The translations under genes and the position numbers were made by a program. The notes beneath the pieces are model-generated. The model had not been told where the DNA came from and did not search any database. It was given only the letters and a program-made list of their open reading frames with translations. A stretch of DNA of 64,000 nucleotides from Aplysia californica. Taxonomy: Eukaryota. This document shows, one piece after another, positions 24,942 to 36,100 of this stretch; position 1 is the first letter of the stretch, and each line of letters opens with the position of its first letter. Location: the NCBI RefSeq assembly GCF_000002075.1, contig NW_004797368.1, positions 1,017,240 to 1,081,239 of the forward strand, given 5' to 3'.

Positions 24942-26754
24942 GTTTACTATAGGAGCTGTGCGCTTCATATGTTCTTTGTATTATTGTACAGCGCATTGAG
25001 CACTTCTTTGTGGAAATGCGCTATATAAATGCAATTTATTACTATTTTATTATTATTATAAGATAGATGGGCCCTACGCCAGACCCCGGCATTATGTGAG
25101 CACCGCTGCTGTTGGGGTCCCAAAAGTTCATGCAAAGTCTGCAAGTCGCGAAGTATGGCACCCCGGAATGAGGGGGAATTATTGATTTAAAAAAAAATAA
25201 TACACACTTATGGGAGAGAGGGTGTGTGTGTTATGAAAACACCCTGTCTCAGCTGCCTGAAATCTCATCAAAACTTCAGTCAGACACTGCTCAGCTTGAT
25301 CGAGTCGGTTTGGCGCCCAGTGCCCATTGAGCATGACCAATCCCACCCAAAATATCGCTTTTCCGGTTTTGACAAAACTCGCTGTTTCGTGCAAATAGGC
25401 CTCAGCCTAGGCTGTGCGAGTTAAGTATTGTACGGATAACTAAAGGCAGTTATTCGTACAACAATATTGTACGGATAACCAGTTTTCCGCACAATGGTAC
25501 GAATAACCATTACGAATAAAAATGTTCAGCATTGCCAATCCATAGCCATAACTTAAGATAAATTTTGAAAACTTGAACAGTACTCACCCTGATGGATGTG
25601 ATGGCGAAGGGAATCTTCCTTCTACCATCAATATTCGTGTTCATCACACGAAGAATGTGTTGAAACTTCTCAGGCAAAACGAGAGACTGAAAAACCAAAA
25701 CCAAACCAATTAGGAAAGGGGTTTATAAAAATATAGATCTAAGATCTAGAGATAGAGAGAAGACATATAACAAATCAATATAACTTGCTCCAGATGTAGA
25801 TCTTGATTCTGAAGGCTCAAAGTTACTCAAACTTCAATGATTCAATGTCTATTTTTCATTTGAATCTGCCACAACAGACCAGATCCTCATGTCCCTTGGT
25901 TACTTAAATCCTTAATATTTATGTAGCGTCAATTGCCACAGAGAAGGCCTAAATTGGAGCCCTTGCCTTTTGCGTTGGTGAGTAGGCCTACGAGTGCTCG
26001 GTGTTCTGCGTTTGTGAACTGCTTACGCACACCTCTCTGTCCCTCTAGTGTGTGTGTCTCTCTCTCTCCCAAACTCCCGTCCCCCAGGGGCCTGATTTAT
26101 GTTCCCCGATATAAATAAGTCTATTTCAGCACCTCGTCTTCTGTCCGGTCCTGTATCAGGCCGGCACCTGGCTCAGCGCATGTGCGCCACATCATCCATG
26201 CGATGACCAGGTCAACTGGGGCATGAGAGAGTTGCTAGCACCCCCCCCTCTCTTACACACTCTAGATCTACGGGGTCTGGGTGCTGAAACTTTCCGAAAT
26301 CACAAAAGATTTCTCTCCCCCCCCCCCAACTCTCTCTCACACTCACACTACTACTAAGACTACTGTGTCTGGGCGCTGAAACATTCCAAAATCACGAAAG
26401 ATTTCCCCTACACTACCGGGTCGTCTGTATACTTCGTGACTTTGTTCCCGGGTCTGTGTAGAATCTAGATCTACACTTCGATTTGCCTTTCTCACAATAA
26501 TCAATCCAAACTGTCTCAGGACATCATTCACAGTTCACCTCTCTAAACTAAACAGACTAATGGAAAATGCACTTTCATGACCAAAACAAAACTGGCCATT
26601 TATTCAATCGAAAGAATACATGAAATCATCAAAAGTCATAAATATTGGACCCTTCGTACACAACAATATACTAGAACAAAATACCCAAAATGTACCCATA
26701 ATTGCAGGATTAATTGCGATATTAAACAAGGACTTATAGTTAGGTACCCACCAT
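18614..26754 (-). CDS. RPS18: 40S ribosomal protein S18 (uS13), complete, 5 coding exons
   Basis: Exons (minus): 26752-26754 (ATG), 25588-25686 ([33 protein letters not shown]), 22182-22268 ([29 protein letters not shown]), 21418-21611 ([26 protein letters not shown]...HRGLRHYWG), 18614-18689 ([24 protein letters not shown]). All introns GT-AG with consistent phases; total 152 aa, as in known RPS18. Confidence 0.98.
18956..19085 (-). ncRNA. Box H/ACA snoRNA candidate, copy A, in RPS18 intron 4
   Basis: Minus strand reads hairpin 1 (GCTGTCT...AGACAGC, upper stem GCATTG/CAATGC), H box ACAGTA, hairpin 2 (TGTCTTC...GGAGACA), then ACA plus 3 nt. About 130 nt, sense to a ribosomal-protein host gene. 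Confidence 0.75.
20336..20465 (-). ncRNA. Box H/ACA snoRNA candidate, copy B, in RPS18 intron 4
   Basis: Near-identical core to 18956-19085 (offset 1380 bp). Same stems, H box and ACA box; flanks are more diverged than the core. Confidence 0.75.
23213..23857. mobile_element. piggyBac-like MITE in RPS18 intron 2
   Basis: TTAA|CACATTACACCC ... GGGTGTAATGTG|TTAA. Confidence 0.6.
24059..25508. mobile_element. Non-autonomous TIR element with subterminal repeats in RPS18 intron 2
   Basis: GGTTATTCGTAC and GTACGAATAACC ends, with clustered GTTATCCGTACAA-like repeats at both ends. Confidence 0.55.
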
Positions 26755-27158
26755 TTTGATGCCTACTTTGGAAAAGGAAGTTGATTTGGAGGAGGAAGCG
26801 GAAGTAGGTAAAATACCTGGATCAGGAGTAAGCCAAGACCCTGTCCTTGCCGATATTTTTTTTTTCAATGAATAGAAATAACCCATTAGCGTAATATTTG
26901 ATATGAAATATTCAACAATAAAATTTTTATGCTACAAGATCAGTGATATAATAACTTAAAGTAGATTGCCAAAAAATAAAATATCTAAATATATCTAATA
27001 AAAGAAATCCATTCCGATTAATGAATTTCCTTAGCCTACGTTATTAATTTCCAACCGAAAAGAGCACTCTCCTAAAAATTTTAGGAAGTGATGACAGAAG
27101 AAGTGAAAGAAATTGAAAGTGGAAGATTAAGAATATAGCCTAAGGTGAAGTGTCAACG
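26755..27158. promoter_or_regulatory. Bidirectional promoter between RPS18 and VPS52, including the RPS18 5'TOP/TCT start
   Basis: Minus strand from 26780 reads CTTCCTTTTCC (polypyrimidine initiator) about 26 nt before the RPS18 ATG. ETS-type GCGGAAGT at about 26798 and further GGAAGT motifs. The two start codons diverge about 400 bp apart. Confidence 0.8.
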
Positions 27159-30100
27159 ATGGCAGACCTGGTGGATACTCCAGTATCCACAGATGTAAGT
27201 TTGCCAAATTATATTTACCCGGGAGGACTTCCGTAACGATCGACCACTATGAGTCAGTATGAGACAGAGCAGAATTGAGGGCAAGACTAAGGGTTGGTGG
27301 GGTAAAAGGTAAGGACAAGGTTAGGCTGGCTTAGGGTTAGAGTTAGTGGGTTAGGGTTTGGGCCACCTCTATTCTCACCCGGAGTGAGAATAGTGCCAGC
27401 GAGTCTTGTGGCTATTCTCACCCGATGCGCGTTCACCAAATTTTGCGTTCACCCTAAACCACAAAATTCTACACTGTGATAACAGAAAAATTGTAGAATT
27501 CTGACCTCTGTGCCGTGAACACACGTTCCATTACAACTGTAGCCTACTAAAAGCGTACAATATTGTCTGTGGGCAGTGGAGAGAGAGAGGAGTAGCGCGA
27601 GAATTTCCGGGCAAAACAAAATGGCGACCCGCGTGGCGTAGTTCGGCTCGATTCGAAAAGTTAAATAGCCGTAGCATCTTTGTAGACAACCAAATTAATT
27701 TACTTTTTTTTGTGTTTTAACATCATTTTTTAACTTTGTTTTGGTCAATTTGATCGTCCACACTGATAGACAGTATTCAGAAAGAGACAGAGAGAGAGAA
27801 GAGGGGAGGAGTTGATCTTGCGAGAACTTCCGCGCGGGTGAGAATAGCCACTTTCTAGGGTTTGGGTTAGTAGGGTTAGGCCTGTTCTTTATTGTGTTTG
27901 ATGGGGTGGTCGCTCGTTACGGAAGTCCTTCCTTTTACCCTCCAATTGTCGCTAACAAAAGGCACAGAGTAAAAGAATCTCAGGTGATTTTGTAGTTTCG
28001 TTCAGTTTTAAGTTGAGAGTAGGGGCTTTCCCCCCTGACCTCCTAATAAAAATATGGAGGGGGAGGGGGGGGGTTTCAAGGGGGCATGCCCGCCTGAATT
28101 TTACCATAGTTTGATGTGTTGCAATTAGGTTGCATCCCTGTTGGGAAGAGATTGAAGAATACTGGACCACTCCGTAGATATCTAGATCTATACGTTATTT
28201 ATATTATTGCGCGAGAATGTGGACGGGTGGAGGAGGGGGTGGGGGGTTTTCAGGGGGTCACCCCCCTGACAAAATTTTAATGAATAGATCTACCGGTCCG
28301 AGATTCTCCATTGAGAGATATTAAAAACTGGGGAAAATCATGAATTCCTAAGGTAAAGAGTAGGCAAAGTCAGTCTGCTGGTCCGGTATTCTTCAATCTT
28401 ACCTCCCTGTTCTTTGGGTTGGCTATTTGGACCTTGGTCATCAAGACTTAGACTAAGACTTAGATCTAGTTCTGGATTTCTTCTCTGGATGTAGACAAAT
28501 GGATATTGGATCGTGGACTTAAACTAAGTTAAACGAACAGAACTACAAGATCACCGAATATCTATTCTAGATTATTATAGATCTAAATCTAAATCTAGAT
28601 CTAGATTTCTAGAAGAATTCTACATGAGCATCGAACCTTCTCGGATAAGGGGAAAAAAACTTGGAGGTCCCATGTGTACAAGTTGCACACGTTAAAGAAC
28701 ACTTGGTGGTCCTAAAGTCGACAAGAGTAAGCTTCGGCCACCACCCGGGCAAAATTCAAAATTCCTACTAAACTGAAAATTTGTAATGTGACCTGCACGC
28801 TCATCATGTGATGACCTTATGAAGTTGCGAGCGCTGTAAAACACTGACCACAGTGACCAAAAAAAGAATAAGACTGCACTTCACACTGTATATGTTGGGC
28901 GCGAACTGTGGATTTGCGCGATCAATCGATCGCGCATCGCGTTTGGTTGATCGAGGAAACGCGCGACAATCCATCGATTGTTGCGCATTCTGTTGATCAG
29001 CGGATCGTGCTGTGCTTTTTGTTGATCCATTTGGTTGCGCATTCTATAGATCTTAGCCCTGAGCTTTGTTATATACATTACTCTCCAAAGAACGAGGCAA
29101 CAGAACAGTGGAACAGAAACTTGCCGCAATGAAAGTCGACGGAGGTTGCGACTCAACACATATTTATTCCTTGGCCATCATGGCTTCCAAGGATTGCGTT
29201 CTGCTTGTCTGTGCATGCCACACCCTCCCCACTCATTCGCTCTGGCCTTTATTGTTGGTTCGCGTGGGCTCTCCCACAACGACTTTCTCAACTGGCGAGG
29301 TTTTATCTGTTTAATTGGTATGCTGTGCACAGCAGCAGCAATATTCCGTTATAACTGTCTTATTGCGCAAAAGTAGTATTTTATTTACAAAGATAAAGAA
29401 GGGTAAAAAACGGGGTTTTAGAACAGTGTCTTTATAACAGACTTCTCGTTATTTCAGGACTCGTTATAAGTTCACTCCACTGTACATACTTAGTGATGAC
29501 GATGTGATTGAGTTTGCTCTCATGAACAACAACTACAGGGTTCTCTTCCAGATTGTGGTGCATTTGCTGTGGCATTTGTCACATCACTGCTGTGTGGAGA
29601 TCCCATACTACTCGAGTATGACGAATGTGAAGTTCGACAGCATCTGAGGAGGTGTATCGAAACTCAGAAATTTGTGGCATTTCCAAGTCGCCCGAAATTC
29701 AGATCAATAACAGTCGTTTCTTCTTCTACAGTAGAAATTTACTGTGTTTGCCGTTGCCCAGACGATGGAAACCTGATGTTAAAATGCGATTAATGCAGTC
29801 TCTGATTCCATGCCAAGTGCGTAGGACTAAAAACACAGTGACAACGTAAAGAAGCCGTCAACAGTTGGTTGTGCTCGAGGTGCTCTTGCTCAAGGAAACA
29901 ATAAAGAAAACCATACTTGTATATATAATAAATTTTTAATCAACACACAACAATAAATCACAAGCCATTAAATCTTGACTGTATTTGGAATACCACGTGA
30001 AGTACTCAGCCAATCAAATCCTTCCATATACTGAGTACAGGTGCTCGATTTATCTGCTTCACTCAACCGTCAACACTTTAAGTTCAACACACAACTCTTC

Positions 30101-33100
30101 TTGGAAGCAATACAACAGGACGCTCAAAGACTGACATGCTCAGTAAACCAATTTTCTTTTTTTGAAAAATTCACTTCATCATCATAGTTTATCGGCAGAA
30201 TGCGCAGTAAGTATATATTTCAAGGATCGACGAAAAGCGTTGCGCGATCCGCTGCTCAACAGAATGCACAACAATCAATGGATTGTCACACCTTTCCTCG
30301 ATCAACCAAATGCTCTGCGGGATCGATGGATCGCGCAAATCGACAGATCGCGCCCAACATATATATATCGATGCCCCCGTGATCAGACCTCGTAAGTGAC
30401 AAATTTTACTAAACTTACTTTTTCTCACCATCACCTTCTAATGATTACGGTGCACACGCCAACAGAAGTTTTACGTGAAAAACTGCTTAAAAGTGTTTTT
30501 TATTGCAAGTAAACAAAACTTGTAAGTCCACCCCTTCCCAAACGTGGTTGTGATCAGAACTCGTAAGCGCGATCCAGCCGCTCGCAGCTTTGAACACAAG
30601 GGAGGGCGGTGATTTGAGACGAGTCATTGGCGCTTAGAAGTGGTCAATGCAACCCTAAGCTACCTTTTGTTCCTGATTCACCATGTTTTCCCGTTCCTAA
30701 ACGTTAAGCATCAGTGACAATCGACAAATTGTCATCTTTTATCGAATCTGCTTCTGGTCTGACTTCTACTTCACCACATCCATCTGTGCCTCTTATGGTC
30801 AATCCTGAAATATCTTCTCAACCTTTTCCAAACCGTTGTCCAATGTGATCCCTCCATAATATGTCACTCACCTCTGACCCAGGACCATCTATTGCCGAGG
30901 CTGCATTCGCTCTGAAACCTCACTTCTGAAATCTGTATGTTTAGCCGCTTTATGTCTCATTCGAGGTCGACCCTACTTTACCTTTCTGATCAGACTCCCC
31001 TGATGTGTCTGCTCATATGCTACCGATTGTGGAAGCATTGTGCATTCTAAGAGAATCCTGGGCATCTTTAGACATGAAATGGATGTTGAATATCTTTTGG
31101 AAAAAGAATGCCAGAACTTCCATGTTTGGAAAAGCCTGTACCCCATGGCAACAGCTCTTGGTGATTGATGTATTAGGAACATTGTCGTGGATTGGGACTC
31201 TTCTGTCAACAATGAAACTGCCAGTACAGAGCGTTGCCCAGACACTGCCGCAAGAGACAACCCTGAATACGAGAAAGCATCTGCGCAGAAAATATTTCTT
31301 ATAGAAGATTTCTTTGCAAAATTGTCCAAATTGGGTTCTCATTATTGTTGAAAACAAAGCAGGAAAGTTGTATGTAGAGTCAGTTATCAATAGTATTATC
31401 AAACTTCACAGAAGTATGTTGCCTTTTGTCATCTGAAAAAAAAACCGACTGGCCATTTTGGCATTCAGGGGCATTTCCCAGGAACAAAATAATATGTCTG
31501 TTAACGCGTCAGTGAGGCGAAAAAGGGCGAAACAGTCGGTAATGAGATTTGGAAACATATCGGTGAAGGAAAGTCACAAGCTCAAGCTTAGAAGGGCAAC
31601 AATAAGAAACTGGCCATGGACATTTAGTCTGCCCTCTTGGTGCCTTGTCTACAAGCTCCATCGCTTTGTTACAAAACTAAATTGTCCGTGCACAACTTTA
31701 TTATAGATAGCTTGGTGACAATGGATGTGAGATGCTACGCTTGATATAAAGGGGAGGGAGAATTGTCAGCCAGTTTGCGTTATGAATCATTGACTTTAAA
31801 CTAAAGCCAATTGTGAAACAGTGATTATCTATTTAGACGTTTGCTGTTAACATAATAGAAATGCTGTTCTAACACACTTTGAGAAGTTACCCCAAGAAGT
31901 ATTTTATTCACAATGTGTGCGCCATTACAAATAGCACTCAATTCAATCTCATCTGTTTCATTATAATTTTACTTATCCTCGTATGTGTGTGTTTGTTTTT
32001 TTGTCTGTTTGTGTGTGTGGTGTGTGTGTGTGTGTGTTTGTGACTTGGGAGGTCTTTGCCTGGTGCCAAAGTTCTCCCTTGTGCATGATCTTTATTCTTT
32101 AATTTTGACATTACTGACATATAACTTAATCTTTTGTGTTTAAATTTAAACTCAAGATGCTCTAGGGAGTTTCTTTGTAAAATGAGTAAATAAGAAAAGG
32201 CTTTTCTGAACATGCACATGAAGCGTCAGATAATTTACACGCATTGTTCGGTCAAAGGGCAACCAATCCTGGCACTTCTCTTGTCTCCTATGCAGGGTGC
32301 TAGCAGCCAAGAGACTGCAAATTATAAGGTTTTAATTATTACCCATCCGGGGATCAAACCCTAACCTCCCTGATCTCACTAAGGTGTCCTGACCACCATC
32401 TACAGAGGCCGGTTCTTCTGTCGTACGAAAATATTGTAACTTACGAGTAAGCACTTTACCGACATTTCACCATGATCAAACCTCGTAAACGGCAATAGTC
32501 GTCACTTACGAGGTCTGATCACAACCACGGTAGTGTAAACATACCTCGTAAGCATTATTACATAACAAATTCAATATTTATTTTTAAAATGTAATTAACC
32601 ACCATTTAGTTTCATTGTTTTGAGTGGTTTTATGCAAAATTGAAGAGGTTTGACATCGCTGCTTTAAAATAAATCAGTTTTGTCCTTCTCCTGAAAAATT
32701 ATCTCTCTGGCACTTACGAGGTCTGATCATGGGGGCATCGATATATATATATCAAAACAAGCCGCTAGCACAAATAACGCCTTCAAAATTCAGAATTTTG
32801 CACCTGCATCTCCACTGACACCCCCGATTTTAGTGTGGGATATTAATGAAACAACTCCAACCATATTATGAATAAAGCAAGTAGCTGTCCTTGCGTTGCG
32901 CCGGTCAATAGATTGATGGCTATTCTCCAGCTTCATGTATAGTTTCACATGTTGCTTTTCCACAGCTGTCCATCTCGTCTGTCAGCACGTTATGGCCTTA
33001 CACAAACTCTCATCAAGGTCTTCATTTCTTCAGAATGCGATTCACCGTAGGTGGACCTATGATACAGAAATTCCTCTTTCTTCCGTTGCTAGAGCTTTCA

Positions 33101-36100
33101 TTGAGCAGTGGCTGCATGTCCACCTACGGTCAATCGTATTCTGAAGAAATGCTGACCCTGATGAGTGTTTGTGTATGGCCATAACCTGCCAACCGGGAAG
33201 ATGGAAAGCTGTGGAGAACCGACCTGTGCAACTATAACTGACGCCAGAGAATTCTCCTTATTCCTCTCCCTTTCCCATGTCTGCTTCCCACTTTATTAAA
33301 TCAGACTTGGACTATTTAATTTATTTTTAGTTTAAATGCCTAGCCTAAAGGAAGACCCCCACTCCCCTTCTCATGAATTTCAGGTTCTACCAGAAATAAA
33401 TTTGAACCTGGGAGAGCTGGACTTCACATCAGAAGATTTCCTCCTGGATGAAGTTGATGGTAAGAGCTGACAAATAAGTTTTTCATAAAATGCTCTAAAA
33501 GTTTTACCAGTTTTGACACGAGACATAACTTGATTTGTCTTTATAGCACAAAAAGTGGTTTGCATATTTGGTCTTTGTTAATTACTGAATTTTAAATTTT
33601 TGCTGATTTACTGTATAAATCCAGTCGTTCATGGATGAGGGAAGTAATAGAAACATTTCATGTTAACAAGGTAACGAATCTACTTTTTATTATGTTGTGA
33701 ACTTTACCTCTGATTTAAATCAGATGATGAAAACATATTTTCATGTTTTCCTTACTCAACTGCATATTGTCAAAAAGAAGAGCTGCACTGCCATGCTAAT
33801 TTTTTAAAACGCTGCTATTAAGGGAGAAAGGCCGTTCATCCTAATGAAAGTGTTCTCAGATTTGAAGCTACAATTTAGAAAAATGTGTTACCTGCAAAGA
33901 CAACTGGAGATTATTAATGTATTGCCTGGAGAGAAAATTGGAGAGTATTATAGTTATAATATGACATCAAAGTCCTACTTTAAAGGACTGAGATGTTGTT
34001 AAGAAAATACTGCTTTAATTTTTTAATAGATGGCCTTTAGAGACCATCATCCTTTTGCTGACTTGGCTACCCCAGAAATGTTTAGCTTGTAGGGGTGTCG
34101 TGAATTTCTAACAAGCAAGACAGTCATTTTTGTTATCCTGATATAATTTAATCAAGGAAAAATATTCTTTGAACTGCATGCTGGTCTAGCACGGGAACAC
34201 AGATGGGAAGAATAGATGCAAGACCTAGCTGAAGTAAGACAACGATCTGGTACAGATGACCTTGTAATTTATTAGTTTTTAAAACTAACCCGGGAATTTC
34301 TGTGTTGTTCAGAAGGGATTCTCATAGTATTAACTAATCTTAATTTATTTGTTAGTATTCATTGTATCATTCTAGTATAACTTGATGCTTGTATGCTATA
34401 GTTTATGCAATAATCTGCTTTTTGCCACTGGCATCTCTGATAAACTGCTGTATTTGTAAGTAGAATGTTTTCCTCTGTATTGCTGAAATGATAATCGAAT
34501 ATTTAATTTATTCAGTTCACATTCAAGAAAACCTTGAAGACGACATTGTGAAAGAAGCCCTCAATAAGGTAAGATTGCAAGATACAGTGGCATGTTTTGC
34601 TTGATGTTGTTATGTCATGGTTAGTGTTTAAGTGCCGTTTCTTCTACCTTTTCTTTATAGTGACTAATCTATTGAAAATTTTGTAAAAATGAACAGGACT
34701 AAGATGTTACTAATAAATTATGTCAGTTTTATTCATTAACCTTTGTTACTGTAACATTGTAACATACAAAGTTCTGGATTGTTGTTACCTCTCAGTGTCT
34801 GTGCTGAGCGGGAGCGTCACTGGCTTGTGGAATGTACTGACCTTTTGCAGAGTCTGTTGTATACATTGGAAACTGGTAATGCCAGTTGAATAGTGTAAGA
34901 GATTGTTGTTGGTTGGTAATGTGACTGCAACACTCCTTGAGGAGACTGCCCTTTCTTTTCTATTGCAGTTTTTCCTGAAAATGGAATATTTTTTCCAGTT
35001 AACGGTCAAAATGTGTAAGGGTTGATGTTTTATTCTACTTTTGTAATGACGTGAATTGTGTTAATAGGGGTTTATATCGTTTAAATGATCGTCTGCATAT
35101 ATGATGTAAGTCGGTGTCTGAATAAGAATATTTTTCACTGTGTTGATATGTTTAAAAAATGATGCTGTATTTATTTACTTTCAGGGTGTTGACTTACGAC
35201 AGTATTCTAAAGAAATTGAAAATGATCTTCAGACAGTGGAGAACGAATCTGTTCAGGACTGTATCCTTTAATGTTTTGAGGTCGTTCTGACCTGTTATCT
35301 CTGTGTGTGTACATGTGTGCTTGTGTGCTTAGATGTGTGTGTGTGTGTAAAAGAGAGAGATGGGAGTAAAATACCTGTAAGTTGTGGAGAGATTGGAGAA
35401 TGTAAAGTTGTGATACATTTTGTATTGGGGAAGAACAGTTGGTTGCCCTTAATCTTTGACTCTGGAAGGAAAAAGAGAATTGAGGATGAAGTGACCTTTA
35501 ATTGACCTTAAGTGCATGATGTATCCTTGACTAGTGGCAAGACATCAAGGAGAGCCAAAATATTGCAAGTCTTCACAAGCAGATTGCAGCCTGCGACACC
35601 ATCTTGGAGGTATGATTCTACCTTGTTGTTTTTCAAGCCCACTCAACTGTCAGCTGAATTGTTTTAGTAATGTTCATAGTCCCGTGTCTGTTATGATAGA
35701 GTGGTTTTTATATGACTTCAAAAAAATTCTTTTCCCTATGGGATGGATATTTTGTTGTCGTTTTTGTTTGGACAAAGTGCTCATGTGACTTACCAATAGC
35801 ATCCTTATACTCATGGCTATTTTTCATCTTTTACCCGCTCCTACAGAGGCTTACAGCGGGTGGTTGGAGGGCTCCACCGGTAGTCCCACTTCTTTACTTT
35901 CCCTCTGTTGATACTGTCTGTCTATCTTTTTTTTAAAATCCAGCACTAAAAGACCATAATGGTGTAGATGTGCTTTTCTTTACTCAAACAAACAAGAGGC
36001 TTGCATGACTTCACTGTTCGGTGAAAGTTGTTTTTATTCTGGATGTAATAACTCTCCAACATTTGTCTGTCCCACCCCAGATAAAGGAATTCCTAGACGA

